This document shows positions 1-14,403 of a stretch of DNA of 64,000 bases, piece after piece. The notes below the pieces were generated by a model. It was given only the letters and a program-made list of their open reading frames with translations, ran no database searches and had not been told where the DNA came from. A program made the position numbers and the translations under genes. How positions within the stretch are numbered: position 1 is the stretch's first letter; each line of letters begins with the position of its first letter. The stretch is from Eledone cirrhosa (lineage: Eukaryota): assembly GCA_964016885.1 (NCBI GenBank), contig OZ024740.1, positions 359,166,001 through 359,230,000 of the forward strand, written 5' to 3'.

Positions 1-23
1 TACGTATACATGCATACTTACAT

Positions 24-152
<129 letters not shown>

Positions 153-559
153 CCACATATATTGATTACTTATGTTGATCTTAAAACAAGCTGTATTGAT
201 ATCTGGACAGCTTTCGCTTGCTGTCAGATCATTGATAGCGAATAAATGTATACGAAAACAGCCTATTTGCAAACAACAACAGCTAAATAATGGAATCACT
301 ATTCCGAAGACAAACTGAATATTGTATTAAAACTATTTTTGTTTATTTCTTTGAACCTTCTACTTAATCTACGTACTTGAAACTCTCTTAAGCCCTTTCC
401 TTTTTCAGCTGTTTTTTCCTCTCTATTTCTAACGCTGTTTAAATACTCCTTAGAAACGACCTGCTATTTTAATGAATGGTGGATGACTTAAATATATCTA
501 CACAAACATCTCGTTTCCCTTTTCGTCTATTGTTCAACATTCCTACAGTGTTGCTTTTG

Positions 560-1140
560 TGCCTGTCCACCAGTTTGTCCATTAAATATCTGACCAGTTT
601 CTTGATGAGCAAGCAAATACGAATATAGTCCAAGACCAATACGTAATACACAGTTTCGGCAATAGTCCAGACACGAATGATAAATGTCATTATTACTGTT
701 TAATGATTGAATAGTGACATGCTGCCCTTTCACGTTGTGTGGTGTGCTTGGTTTCGAATTGTTGTTCCCCATTGTAGGTAACTCTTCGTCACACCTTCCA
801 ATCTGCAGTATCACCTTCAAGGTATTTGACAGAAAGTGCACAAGTATTTTGGAAGCGCCTCAGTTGATCTATCAAAAGCATTTTATATCAACCGAGATAC
901 TATTGGCTGATGGGACTCCTTTATGTGGAATACGTGCCCTGTCCAGTGGAGAACGCGTTTTATGCTCATCGTTTGTGTTTATGGCATGCGCACGCCTCAG
1001 CATTTCAGTGTGAGGAAGTTTGTTATTCTACATGATTCCAAGGTTATGATGCAAACAGTAAATATGCTTCCTACGTTGAGATTTAATACTGGGCAGTCCA
1101 GCATTTTCACCCACACATCCGATTCAATGCGTTTGGTAAA
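560..1140 (-). mobile_element. Decayed RTE-clade (BovB-like) LINE 3' fragment
   Basis: Minus-strand pieces TEMLRRA / KRVLHWTGHVFHIKES and CLDYCRNCVLRIGL resemble the RTE ORF C-terminus (LRWxGHVxRM; CxxCxR..RIGL); frameshifted. Confidence 0.6.
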
Positions 1141-1159
1141 CATTAATCTTCATATAAAA

Positions 1160-1318
1160 GTGGATTGGCAGTATCGGTAGAGGGTCGGACGCCATGCTTT
1201 GCAGCAAAGAGTTACGGCCCTTTAGGGTTAACTTTGCCTTTCATCCTTACGGGGTCGATAAAATAAAGTACTAGTAATACACTAGGTAATTGCTGGCCTT
1301 GTGCCAAAAGTAGAAACA
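1160..1318 (+). mobile_element. tRNA-type SINE (family 1) with 18-bp TSD
   Basis: Core ttaactttgcctttcatccttacggggtcgataaaataaagtac, 3' end ccttgtgccaaaagtagaaaca; TSD attaatcttcatataaaa at 1142-1159 and 1319-1336. Confidence 0.9.
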
Positions 1319-2570
1319 ATTAATCTTCATATAAAAATGATGGTTCAAGAAAACATGTGTGAGAAAACATCAGAACGCAGAAGAGGTTTGTTTGATTCGG
1401 TTATTAAGAACCCTAACATGGTTGCTTCATTAACGAGAATGCTGCCAAAATAGCTTAAAAGCAGGCGTGGCCGTTTGATGTATGAACAAATTCTATGGAG
1501 ATTAAAGACTTCCGTCAAAGCGATATTCTGCACATTTCCGTCGTTTACATCCATGCCTTATCCAGAGAAAATTTATATTTTGAAAAAGACAGGAGCAACA
1601 ACATATCTCTGTTTAACCTCAACCCCGATTCCAAAGAGCAGAGACTATTTGCCGGCCATACAGACTTTAGCCATTATTGCATTATCAGTGACATTATATG
1701 TGATGAAAATCGAGATTCCCGCACATCCTGATTCTTCCGATAGCAGTTCATGGTTACGCAAGTCACAGAAAGTAAAACTAATTTTTTTTCTGGCTCTTTT
1801 CAATATTTACCGGTCTACAAAAACTCCGCTGATTGTGCCATGCTGCGACCGATAGCAGCATTCAAACTTATGAATTACTCTTGACGTTATTCCGTTAAAT
1901 AAGCCTTCTGAGAGGGTGTGAGCGAGGATTTTTTCCTGTGATATCTAAAACAAATATGCAACGGCTTTTTCTACAATCAGAACTATCGCCTTTGCTTTTG
2001 TACATAGTTATGAAGAGGAATTACGCTTTGTTTAAATTTTCTTGTTCCTTTTTTTTTTGTCTTTTTGTAAATTGTCCTTTTTACATGTTTTGATCTAAAC
2101 CCACAGTGTCCTGTATCGTCCTCCGAGTTTTTTTTTCTGTGTGCTCTTGTGGATTATGAAAACAGATTGTTATTGTTATCAAAAGAAGAAACTATCGTTA
2201 TTACTGTTGTTATTGCTTATTTATCCACATATCAGTGCGGATAGTCAATCTACACTGATATTTGGATGAATAACAACTCACGTATAATTTACGATTTTGG
2301 TTCTTTTATTGTTTTGTTTTGATTTTGGGGCAGGGGATTAGTACATAAGCGATTATAAGTGTATTTGGCTGATACCTCTTTATCAATCCTGGTATTGAAG
2401 AAAAACAACATAAAAACGGTTTATTTGAAGTAAATACTCTCTAACGCCCAAACGATTCTGATAATCCACCATCCTAGATGGATTGATCAGTATTAAGGCC
2501 CTTTAGTACGACTTCTTTGATACATGTTCTTTATTTATGTATTTGGTACATCTATTTTATATATTCACAG

Positions 2571-2711
2571 AGTTATTTCAAAGGCCGACCAACAGACAAT
2601 CTTTCCGGATTTAACAGGGAGTCATAGATTAACGATTATACAATTTGACAGAGCTGCAATCGAAACCCTGCCGGCAGATTTGTGTCAGAAGGTAGCCACA
2701 CTTCAATACCT
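2571..2711 (+). CDS. Coding exon (141 bp, phase 2-2) of type-B LGR leucine-rich-repeat GPCR (LGR4/5/6 / rickets-like)
   Basis: ttcacag acceptor, gtaagt donor; encodes VISKADQQTIFPDLTGSHRLTIIQFDRAAIETLPADLCQKVATLQYL, resembling the FPDLTG...LPxxxC LRR pair of LGR4/5. Confidence 0.9.
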
Positions 2712-4015
2712 GTAAGTTGTTTGATTCGTATTATTCATATTATTTTTATGTAGTATAAGATTTACAGTATTGTTTCGTGCTCTCTGTTTTGTCCATAGCC
2801 ACGTTCACCTAACTGTAAATTATTTTAATGTAAGTTACAGCTTCCTGTTAAAATCAGTTGCAGTTCTGTATAATTGGCATTAGTTTAGTTACTTTGCAAG
2901 TTTGATTTCAAATACTGTCACGCTTGTGCACTTTTCCAGACTTATTATCTACACATAATTATGTATAATATTTTCCAAAGCTTAATGTTGATTTCAAATA
3001 TAAGCACAAGATGACTTATGTCGGGTAATAATCGACTGCAGAACTTAACTGTTAGTTTATTTTAGCAGCCCTTGAAAGATAAAAGGCAAATATGATTTCG
3101 GTGAGAATTGAACTCAAACGTAACTAAATACTGTAATTCTCAAGCATTTGGGCCAATTCAACTACTCGAAATAACTTCACAAGAGCACATATGAACTATA
3201 TGACCACTAATTCTTCATACGGTGCAACTACTTAGCTTTTGAAAATTACTGTTATATCATAATATTGAAATCTGTATTGGTGTTGCCAGTAACTTGGTGG
3301 TGGCGTTTTGCCTTAGTTGGGCCATGATAGAGCTGACCTATCTATCATCAAATAGATTTTAGTAATAAATATACTAGGGTTTTTTGTTATTATTTTAGAT
3401 CTAGTGCATCAAAGAATATATTATTCAACAATTCAAGTTCTTCTTTCCATGAGAGGGAAGAGTTTGCTTTAAGAGAGATTCGACTGTTATTTCTAGCAGT
3501 TCAATTGACCGTTAAAAAATTCCGACTTTTTAGCATCGGTTATGAGCCTTTAAAAGACAGGGAAATGAAGTGTTTCCCGTATGATTTGAGTTCAGTCTCC
3601 CCCAGGGAACATCCCCAAGAGTATTCTGTGCCTGCCTAACGTCGGGTAAAATGTATTAGCAGAATTAGTGGTGACAAATGCCCTCTATTGAAAATTATAA
3701 GTTATTTCCGTGCCTTGTTCAACGAGAACATGTCTCTATCGGAAAGTGGACATCATTTGGAATATTTTATGACATACATACATTTCAGAGGAGAACAAAT
3801 CACGTATATATTGTCATAGGACTATCATTATGAATTGTGAGTAGGTCACAGATTCGGCAAGGATGTTTTGAAGCGACATATAAGACGACACCATACAGGT
3901 GAAATTGTTTCTTTCTTCTGTTTTTTTTTCTTTTCTCTACTCAAATATCCTCCCTTTCTCTGTTGAGGGACAGGTTTCCGACTATTTAAAACGTAAAACT
4001 AATATATCATTGTTG

Positions 4016-4096
<81 letters not shown>

Positions 4097-4207
4097 GCAT
4101 ACATATATAAAATATATAATATTTAATAATACATATATAAAATATATAATATATATAATATAATACATGTGTATACTTATATATATACGTGTGTGTGTGT
4201 GTATGTG

Positions 4208-4242
<35 letters not shown>

Positions 4243-4262
4243 GTCGTGTGTGTGTGTGTGTG

Positions 4263-4357
<95 letters not shown>

Positions 4358-4366
4358 CGTGCGTGT
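4016..4366. repeat. (CA)n/(TA)n/(TG)n microsatellite block
   Basis: Direct dinucleotide runs. Confidence 0.95.
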
Positions 4367-5447
4367 AGTGACAAAATAACAATAAGGAATTCTAATATTG
4401 ACTCAATATCACTGATTTGAATAGAAGGGAATTTAATCAATTTTAACTCACCCCGATTTATTAACTGACTATTATTCCGTACAGCTGAACAGCTGATTCT
4501 GCCATTCACCGGCTACTGAATTGCAGTCTCCAGGAAATTACAAGGAAATAAGAATCATATTCGAAGAATAAATATCTTTCTTTCGGCACTATATATATAT
4601 ATATATATATAGTGTGTGTGTGTAGGCAGTACGGTGAAATATTGGTGTTTACCAAAACAAGCACTCTATGCACAGGCAGAGTGTATATAATAGAAAAAAG
4701 ACGAGGAAGTTTCGTTTACATATGAAAAATATTTATTGCGTATCGACCTGTTATGAGCGTTTCGCAGCGGATTGTCTCAAGGTGACCCATAGGCGTTAGG
4801 GACCCGACTCCAGTATCGATCTGCTCCTCAGACTGGTGATGAGACAAAAGATATATTTTTGTTTTGATATGTGGGATGAGAAGGTATTTATATAGGCATC
4901 GGCCCTATTTTATTTTGTGTGGGCATATGTGTGTATTTTGGTGTAATTCGTGGGGCGGCAATGCAGGTGTGTATTCGCCGATATTGATGTGCCTGTTTAC
5001 GTGAGCGCGCGACAAATTAAGAATTCGTGTGTGTGTGTGTGTTTCGGAATGTCTATTGGTCAGTCAGAAATTTGTTTTGGTGTAAACAGGAAGCAGGGTT
5101 TGTGGGCGACCCGGCGCTAGTTTATCGTGTCGGTAAAGACATTTCATGTTTTTGTCAAAGAATTAAAAGAAAAAGGAAATTGTCTGGTTGTGGATAATAT
5201 TAATAGGAAGAAATAATTGTAAGACGTAGAACTTCAACAACATAGACAGGCAGGCATAGACATACAGACGCACACAGGCATGTATATACCCATACATACA
5301 CCCAGATACAGGAACCTGCGCACGCATATAAGTGTTTAGATACACAAATACATAGATCCCCACATATATACACACACACTCATATACATATATATATATC
5401 ACAGAAACAAGAGAATCAGTGTTGAGACGAAAGGAATTTATTGGACA

Positions 5448-5660
5448 TATTACAATTGTTTCTAGGGCGACCAGCTCGAGGCACGATCGATATGGCGATC
5501 AAACCATCGGTCAGATTTGATCCTACGAAGCAGATTTTCCTATAGGAAAATCTGCTTCGTAGAATCGAGACGTATCCGACGACCACACGCTCTCAGAGTC
5601 AGGTTTGATCACCATATCGATCGTGCCTCGAGCTGGTCGTCCGAGAAACAATTGTAACAT
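5448..5660. repeat. Fold-back (palindromic) Penelope-type end
   Basis: ~57-bp inverted arms (ttacaattgtttc...gatcaaacc / ggtttgatc...gaaacaattgtaa) around a perfect 40-bp palindrome ctacgaagcagattttcctataggaaaatctgcttcgtag. Confidence 0.8.
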
Positions 5661-5749
5661 ACAGTAGTATGTATATACATACATACATGCACAAGTGCAT
5701 AAGGAAAGTATATACTTTCAAACGTTCAATCAACAGACAGGAATGTATA

Positions 5750-5790
5750 CGGTGCTGATGACAGCTAATAAGCTAGAAACTAGTTCATCG
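5750..5790 (+). ncRNA. Minimal type I hammerhead ribozyme motif
   Basis: cggtg-CTGATGA-c-agct(aata)agct-a-GAA-ACTAGT-T-catcg; stem I cggtg/catcg, palindromic stem III as in Penelope mini-hammerheads. Confidence 0.75.
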
Positions 5791-5911
5791 TTCCTTTGTC
5801 AGTGTTGAACAAAATGGCAACGACGGTTGCCGAACACTGTACGGCTAATAATTCGGGCTGTTTGTTTACAAACAAACCGAGCATTATAATAAATGTTCTG
5901 TAAACCCATAC

Positions 5912-5960
<49 letters not shown>

Positions 5961-6199
5961 CATGTATGTATGTATATACATACTACTGTACGTCTGTATA
6001 CATATATGTATGTACGTATACATACTTACATTTAAGTATCAGCCGTACTAAGAGTGAGAAATGAAATTTCATTTTTTCCATTTACATATATATATAATAG
6101 AAATAACGAGGAAGTTTCGATATGTGTGTGTGTGTGTGTGTGTGTGTGTATACACACATATATACATAAATATATATATATGTTTTATATATATATATG

Positions 6200-6275
<76 letters not shown>

Positions 6276-6298
6276 GTATGGATATATATATATATATA

Positions 6299-6490
6299 TC
6301 ATCATTATCATCATCATCATCATCAGCATCGGTTAACGTCCATCTTCCACGCTAGCATGGGTTAGACGGTTTTGTTCCATTTGATGCGGGAATGGTCAGG
6401 AGACCGTGTCTCCCTCGTACGGAAGTATCTCTGGCAGGTTTTTAACAGCTGGATGCCCTTCCTAACACCAACCACATTTACAGTGTGGAC
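6299..6490 (-). mobile_element. SINE family 2 (gttaggaagggcatccagc motif, RTE-like 3' end, (GAT)n tail)
   Basis: Reverse complement reads gttaggaagggcatccagc...aacccatgctagcgtggaagatggacgttaaccgatgctgatgatgatg; a related decayed copy lies at ~9040-9240 on +. Confidence 0.6.
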
Positions 6491-7277
6491 TGAGAAGATT
6501 TCTACCGTGTCTCCTACACGGCCACCTTACAGTGTGGACTAATATTGTCATCGACACAGTGGACGGAACGGGAAAGGGAGGATGGGACGGGGTGTGTGAG
6601 GTGGGGTGTAGATTGGGTTAAGAGATGCCTACTGACTGTAGGTTTGTACGCAATGGCAGTCGGGTCTTCTGTACACCTGCATTGCGCTAAAGATCTCGAT
6701 CCAGTGTCATATATATATATGATGGTTGCAACTCGATTTCGTGTAATGGCATCGCTTGATATGTAAGCATGAGCCTCACGGACGTGGCTCTATTTACTCC
6801 TGCTAGGGAATTGCCTATGTCTAGCAATACCATACTCCGCAAAAAATGACACGTATCAAGCGGTGCCTGGGCTTGAAGCTTTTTTAAGCGAGGAAAGGTT
6901 TTGAACAGGACCAGTCCCACTCTCTGAACATCGTATGCCTTTGCTCAAAAAGAACTGCTCTCCATGAATAGATTGAAACAAAGTCGCAGGTTTTATATTA
7001 GAGGGACCTGTCTTAATGAAGATTAGGAGTCTCTCGCTTCACAAAAAAAAACTCTTCTGAGTTCGTCGGCCCTTTGACAGGTTTTGTTTTTCATCCCGCA
7101 TGGCGTCCAAAATCACCCACCTCACCAAGCAAGCTTGGTGGGGTTTCCGGATCAGTCACTGGCCACTCGAACATGCACAGGATGTACTGGTTTGCATGTT
7201 ACTAGCAGCACTGAAGAGCGACCTAATATATATATATTGCTAATACTATCTATCGATCGCAACAGAAGGAGCAACGT

Positions 7278-7363
<86 letters not shown>

Positions 7364-7504
7364 TGGTGTGACTCGCGTGGAGTTCACTGCTAGTACCGGT
7401 TGCATCTCAGTGTACTCAATAGGTAATGTTATGTAAAATCCTACAGTAGACACATACATATTCGCTTCAATACAACACACGTAAATGGGTACCTTTAATC
7501 TATA

Positions 7505-7615
7505 CCCGTACTCGAGTTTCGGCCACACTTAATGGATCAATAGAGTGCACAGCATGCACGGTCTGCATTTATTATGCAACAATGCACAATCGGCGCATGT
7601 GGCTTCATCAGTGGG
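7505..7615 (-). ncRNA. Type I hammerhead motif with long stem II insert, in a non-coding element ending in (TA)n
   Basis: Minus strand: ccca-CTGATGA-a-gccaca...tgtggc-c-GAA-ACTCGAGT-A-cggg. Confidence 0.65.
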
Positions 7616-7704
7616 CTTCGCCTAATCAATAACCAATATATATGGTATATATGTGCGTGCGCATTTTTCTAAAGTGTATCAGTGATTTATATTTTGCTTT
7701 ACAG

Positions 7705-7770
7705 TGATGTCCATTCCAATAAACTTACTCAGATGCCAGATCTTACAGGTTGTGGTGAACTAAGAATATT
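7705..7770 (+). CDS. Coding exon (66 bp, phase 2-2) of type-B LGR receptor
   Basis: tttacag / gtaagt; encodes DVHSNKLTQMPDLTGCGELRIL (short 22-aa LRR), in frame with the previous exon; too short for the ORF track. Confidence 0.9.
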
Positions 7771-8307
7771 GTAAGTATTTCAAATAGTTTTATCATTCGT
7801 TATATATGTAAAGTGGAGTAACTATTTATTGGTATATATAAAAGGTGTTGCGGCATAACTGCCTCACATAATCGTTTAGCGAAATTATTTTAGACAAACT
7901 CTTCTAAAAATCTAAAAAGAGGAAAGAAAAATGTTATCTCGCGAAATGTACATTAAAGTGTATAAGAAAGAAGCAATTAGCACTAATGTAAACAGTGGAA
8001 TCGATAAGAAAGAACATTATTTCTAAACAGGTAACATCCTTTTCTTGTTTGAAGATGTGTCATTTATTTATTCTATGAAGGTTCCTTTTTCTATTGTGTT
8101 AACGGCCATGGGGCACGTTTTAAATTCTAAGAAACAACATGTCATCCAGTTCCTTATGCCAACAGGCAAACGCAAAGCAAATAGCACCACTTCTTATTCA
8201 ACTAAGAACATATTGACACTGATACTATATGCTATTCTTGCGTGGGAATATAAATTGTTTAAACGTCAGCTGTTGTATGAGAAATAAGTTTACATTATAT
8301 ATACACT

Positions 8308-8482
8308 AAGGCGGTAGATTGGCAGTATCGGTAGATACTTTGACGCATAGATTTACGGCCCTTGCCATTCTGAGTTCAAATCCCACCGAGGTTAACTTTG
8401 CCTTTCATCCTTACGGGGTCGATAAAATAAAGTACCAGTAATGTACTGGATAATTGCTGGTCTTGTGCCAAAAGTAGAAACA
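8308..8482 (+). mobile_element. SINE family 1 with 14-bp TSD
   Basis: B-box-like gagttcaaatccc plus core; TSD attatatatacact at 8294-8307 and 8483-8496. Confidence 0.9.
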
Positions 8483-8857
8483 ATTATATATACACTGAAC
8501 TATCTGAAGCTTCAATTAAATATTTTATATAGGAGTCAACCAGATATAGAGTATCTGGTATGGTTGATGTAGTAATATTAGTGAAGTGATCTAGAACTAA
8601 TTTACAGAATGTGGGTTTTCATCATTTTTTATAGCCAAAATAACAAGGATAATTCTACGCAGTCATTCGATCTTCTAAAAATAGTGCACACATCTCCTTG
8701 AAATCACACCATATATTTTTTTTTATATATATAGTGACAGGCACATTGGATAATATGCTCCTAGATACATTACACCTGAACATGAAATTGGGATGGTGAA
8801 AATGTATTTGATAATAAGTTTTCTTTCATCAGGACTGATTAGTAGATGAAATATCAC

Positions 8858-9414
8858 CAGGGCTGTATTTAGTGTGTGTTTGCCGTCTGCTGGGCATTTT
8901 AGTTTTAGCCCTTTGACATCGAGAACTACATTTTGAACAAAAAGTATTTAATGCCCTACCGTGACAAATTTTCTCAACTTTAGACACATCAGGTTGTTAT
9001 CAGAACAATATTCTAATAAAAAGTATTTGATGTCATGAGGCAAAGTGTGTGTGCCTGTGTCGCTAAAACAATGCACCCACTAACACTCCAAAGTGGTTAT
9101 GTTAGGAAGGGCATCCAGCCATACTAACCATGCCAAATAAATAATGTATGAGCAAGATGAGGTCGCTCCGATATGTCTGGTCTCGGACTGCGGCAATCTG
9201 TCCAACACATGCCAATGTGGAAAGGGGGCACAAAATGAATTTAACACCTGTATGTATAAATTTACAATTCCAATTATTTACACCTGCGACATTGCGATAT
9301 TATTACGACATTTATATGTAAAATTGGGGGTTTGGTATCTATTCTAAATTTTGTGTATATTCCCCAAAAAATCCTGAAGTGCCCCAGGCTCCCCAACCTC
9401 TAAATCCGGCCCCT
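8858..9414. mobile_element. Possible old hAT-type MITE with nested SINE family 2 copy
   Basis: Imperfect TIRs cagggctgtatttag / ctaaatccggcccct; flanks aatatcac / actatcgc (6/8). Confidence 0.4.
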
Positions 9415-9889
9415 ACTATCGCATCATATTTTTTTATTTACAAATACAAAATGTGTATTAAATATTTAACAGTATTTGCTTAACATATTTTATTCTAAAA
9501 TTATAAAAACATAATAGTATCAAAATGTGCATTAACTCGGACATAGGAAGGTTACTTTTATTAATACAGACTACAATTGAGGAGCAATGCTTAATATATT
9601 TACTTTTAATTCCCCACATATCCTCGTGTTGTTATTAACTTGTGGAAGGGGTATGGCCAATGACCTCCACAGGCCCTCCAAAATTAGAGAAATTGATGCC
9701 GTCAATATCCTGTTTAAATTGTTATACTTCTTTCAGAAAACCAGCAGAGTGGGAGTTCCGTAATGCAAAGCTCTGGGCAAAAACTAAGGCATAATTGTTA
9801 CTAATAAGCATGGATTAATTAACACAACATAGTAGGGAATAGCACTGAGTCTGGAATGAATTAGAGGAGTTTTTAAAGCTCTAAGGAAC

Positions 9890-10780
9890 AGTGACCATTG
9901 TAGAAACTATAGAATATACCGAAAGAGGAGACAGCTAGTGTCAGGAGATTTTTGTGATGAGCAGGTTGTTGGCATGGCCCTATGGGAAGTCGCTTTCTAG
10001 GTTTATGTACATGGAATTAAAGCAGGCCTAACATGAGGTGTTAAGATCGAGCACACCGGTTTCAGGGATGTTATGGATAAATGAAAGGTGATATTAAGTA
10101 TAAGAGTGGTCTTTGCTGGACGAGATAGTTACGAGGTCATTTATGCATAGAAAGAAGAGTGTAGTGGCTGAGAGCCGAACCCTTTTGAACACAAGAGCAC
10201 CTTCGGAACCAGTTCCTATGGTGTAATCTGATAGTAAGCTACTGATCCAAGTGATAGCGGGTTGATGAAGCCCATGTCTTGAGTGGAAATATATGCTGAA
10301 TTTGAACGTAACAGTATTGTTTTCTCCAAATTTATCTCTGGTGAGAAGCCATTAGTGAGTAATATAAAAACATACGTCTCCAGTTGGTTTGGCTATGAGG
10401 AAACCGTAGTGGTTGTCGTTAAAAAGAGAAAAAGAGTTGTTAATGGATGTTTCCATTACATTTGGAGTATTGGCAGTGTGTACAATTGGAGAATAGTTGG
10501 ATTTCTCTTTCTTTTTAATTGAATAAGCCCACTGGGGAAGATGGGGAAAATTGAAATGTTTGATGTGTATAGCGGCTAGTTCGGGGGAACATTATTTGAG
10601 GGGAAAGATATTTTCAAAGGCGGTGACCTTGTTAGTTTAAAGCGGTGGTTGGAGATTTATCAAATGTGTACAGTGTAGAGATAAATGTAAAGCAAGCAAC
10701 GAGACAGACTTTCTTTACTGGAGTGCTGCTTACAGAACCCACCAAAGTTGAGAAGTGGAGGAAAGGTTTAAAGAAAAGGG
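9890..10780 (-). mobile_element. Highly decayed CR1/L2/Jockey-type LINE RT remnant
   Basis: Minus strand near 10130-10190 reads like GS(A)LSP.LFLLCINDL; many stops. Confidence 0.45.
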
Positions 10781-12125
10781 CAAGCTACTAGCAAAATATA
10801 TGAATTGAAATTGTTGAAACTGAAATCAAAATTTCGATAATGTGTATTTTGTATTCTGCAACGTTAGCTAAAGGGAGACATAAATTACATTCATTTGAGT
10901 TTTTTTCTAATGCACTTGACTGTTTATGTGTGCACCATTTGACATGGTTAAAATATATTGTAATGAATTAATCAACTAGATAATACCGCCTATAATGATT
11001 TTAAAGTATAGTATTGGAATATCAGTCCATTAATAAATTGTCTTTTTTCTTAAGTAGGAATGATATAAAAAAATTAATATAGAAAAGGAAGTTAAAAATG
11101 TTATTTCGGTGACTTTGTTTTCATATTCAGGTATTTAGCGGAACCAAACAATTTATAATGAATGCCACAACGATTAAAGCTTTTATGGTAATTTCGAACA
11201 AGGTAATACGTGCAAAGTATTTTAAATTAATTACTATAGTACCAGTAATTTTATTTTGTATAGCATAGCATTGCTTTTTAGCGTGACATTCTCAATCAAC
11301 TCGCTCGATATTATTTCCAGGAAGCGTTAATTGGGTTAAAATAATTATTCCTTTGTGTTTTCTGTCTAGTCAATTAATCCTTTTTACTTGTATTATTTTA
11401 ACACAATTATTAAACTATATTAGAATCGAAAAGTTTATACTGGCTCAGAAATCTTGTAATTTAGAAGTTAGTTATAATAGATTGAATAAAGTATATTTGA
11501 ATCCTTTGCGGCTCCAGATAAAAAGAATTTCCTATGCTCGCTAGAGAAAATCAATACATAATTCCAATTCAATGAAAGTAACAATGTTTTTTTCTTCTTA
11601 ATTTCAAGTTGAGATAATACAAGTCAATCCTGTTGATATGAATAGGTATAGTGAGTGAGCATTTGAAATTGACTATCAAATTTATTTTCAGATGTCATCA
11701 AATGAATATAAAGGGATTTTACGAGTTGTATGCACATAAATGTATGCACATAAATGTATGCACATAAATGATATGTCTTTTAGAGCTCCGGGTGGTATTA
11801 AAGTTTCCTTAATTCAGCAATAAAAGTAATCCGTTTCCAACAAAATGCATCATTTCTATTCATTTCAACTACTTCTTTTGTGTCTGTGTTTTTACTTCTG
11901 GGAGAAAAATACATCCCCCGAATCTCCTGATAGTTTATACTTGTTTCTACTTTTGGCACAATGATATCAAGTAAGTGATATAATCAGAAACAAAGTTGAG
12001 ATCTTTAAAATATTGTGAAACTTCATTATATTTATGTTTGCTTCTCTCCGGGATGTTTAAAATTCAATCATAAATATGTAGATGAACGTACTTTGTTTAA
12101 AAACCGATTTTCTTTCATTTTGCAG

Positions 12126-12269
12126 GAACCTATACAATAATAAGATTACACAACTGAAAGAAAATACATTTCGTGGTCTTAGCAAACTCCGAGACCTAAT
12201 TATGGGTAATAACTTCATTAGAGAAATTCCGAATGGTGCTTTTACAGGATTAGAAAGGCTGGAAAATCT
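12126..12269 (+). CDS. Coding exon (144 bp, two LRRs) of type-B LGR receptor
   Basis: ttttgcag / gtaag; NLYNNKITQLKENTFRGLSKLRDLIMGNNFIREIPNGAFTGLERLENL; phase 2-2. Confidence 0.93.
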
Positions 12270-12789
12270 GTAAGATTTCAAATATATTTTCTTGTATTTG
12301 TTGTTTAGATGAATGTTTGGTGTGTTAGATTTGTCTCTCATCGTTGTAAAATGATTTCCTCTTTGTAATAGACATCGTATGAGACAAAATATTCTCATAC
12401 ACTTATTGATATTGTACCAGCACATTAATTTCTCAGTTTGAAGAATAAGCCGTATAAATCCAGTAGCACATATTAATATCATTATTCTGTCATAGTAAGA
12501 ACGTTTGGAAGATTTGGTTGCAATAATTGCAATCCTAAGATGAGATTTGATGCTTAATGGGAAGTTTCATGGCAATCTCTTTTGCTTTTTTCAATTATTT
12601 TCTGGGTGAAAATTACACATAATTGTTATATTTTAATATTCATGCATCAAACAATCAATTTAATATTTTGCTAAGATTTGTCAAAATCGGTTAAAGGGAT
12701 ACAATACAAAAAGGATGCATAGGAAATGTTTTGCGTTTATTTGCGGATATTTTAGGCTTCTTAAAGAATATCAGATTCAAATTTATAAT

Positions 12790-12870
12790 TGTTTCTACTT
12801 TTGGCACAAATTACCCAGTAGATTACTGGTACTTTATTTTATCGATCCCATAAGGATGAAAGGCAAAGTT
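12790..12870 (-). mobile_element. 5'-truncated SINE family 1 with 11-bp TSD
   Basis: Reverse core; TSD aaatttataat at 12779-12789 and 12871-12881. Confidence 0.85.
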
Positions 12871-14403
12871 AAATTTATAATGATATTTATTTAAGCATTA
12901 AGGCAATATGACCTTTCTTGTATTTTACGAATTTTAATTCCATATTTAGCTGTACATTCCACTCAATCAACGAATATGTTTTTTTATTACTCAAACCTGT
13001 TTTATTAAAAGCAGAGCTGGAGTAATATAGAAAAATTACGTTAGAATGGACCTCCGTTGGTTTCGACAGTGAGTGTTTTAGCTGCTCGAACAACGAAAAT
13101 TCCAGCTCTTGAAATTAACACGTAAGTGGCTAATGTCAGTCATAAGGCATGGGCTTACCTGAGGCTATGGTAGATGACACTTGGCCAAGGCATTATGCAG
13201 TGGGATCGTATACGAGACCTAATGATTGCGAAGTGAACTTCTTAAACATTTGTTCATGTCGCGTCCAAACAAAAACACATTATGTGCATATTTAACAAAA
13301 CAACTCTTATTTACAAAATCATTTCGTGCTTATCGTGTTCCAATATTCGTTTCTCATGTATTCAGCAGTGTAATACTTCGAGGGAACTTAAAGTATTTTA
13401 TAGTGAGGAAACATGTGTTGATAATAATTCTAATTCCGGCCGTTGACTATCTAGTTCCTATCTATTCTAACACTGTGTCAGCTAAGGTACAGATTATACT
13501 CATAAACAAGGACAACTATTTGGTAGAAATGCTGGAACACTATCTACATTACAGTACATCGTCGTGATCAACATCTATTTTTATATCCCAACAGTACGAT
13601 AAAATATTTAACACTGAGTACCTGGAATATAATAATTTAATTTATTATCTATCCTTTCAGCGTTATTTTAAATCAAACATTTATATAACTGAACACTAAA
13701 ATATATCCTGTATAGCTGACGTTCTATCATTTTTGATACTGCAGCGCCAATAAATAAACAAACTAGACGAAAATGTCACAATCACTACCTTTGTTCCAGT
13801 ATTAATTCTCCTTGCTTATCGTCATCAATACGGAATCAATAACATGAATGTGAGTAACACTAAAGCGTTTAATAGTTTGCCTCAGAAAGAAATCAATATA
13901 TTGCGTCATAACATTATATTATAAAAAGTTCATAAATCTGTTTCAGGCTGCCGATTAGGTAACATTATTGATTGTGTATACGATATCCACTTGATTAGAG
14001 ATTGTAACAACAAAACAATTTGATTTCCTTTCTTATTTTGTAGCTTCAAAATATTGAGATTTTTTTGTGTATATGATTAGCGAAGTTTTTAATCTGAAAT
14101 TATGTTTTTAAACAGATAATGTCCGTTGGAAGTGTTGCCGTTTACAATCCTAATCACACTGATTCCTTCAAACATCCTTACTTATCATAGATTCACAGGG
14201 ATCAATAAACAGATTACAGAAGTACGTTTAAAGATACAGATAACGATATAATTACTATCTATACTATTTTTTTAATTTAAAATACAACAGACAAATAGAA
14301 CCACATTGTAATTTATTAGATAAGGTATTGCTAATTTACTGCATTAACCTATTGGAGATCAGCCAGCCAGTGGTTATCCTATATCTAGTTATTATTAGTC
14401 TCA

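Noticed and set aside
4740-4835. Hammerhead-like CTGAGGA-gcag...ctgc-GAAA on the minus strand followed by AATAAA
   Set aside because: Stems I and III cannot be formed convincingly; probably a decayed Penelope-type end, not called as a ribozyme.
6760-7240. GC-richer segment as a host exon
   Set aside because: No LRR or 7TM-compatible frame with splice sites; likely an unidentified retroelement 5' region, not supportable further.
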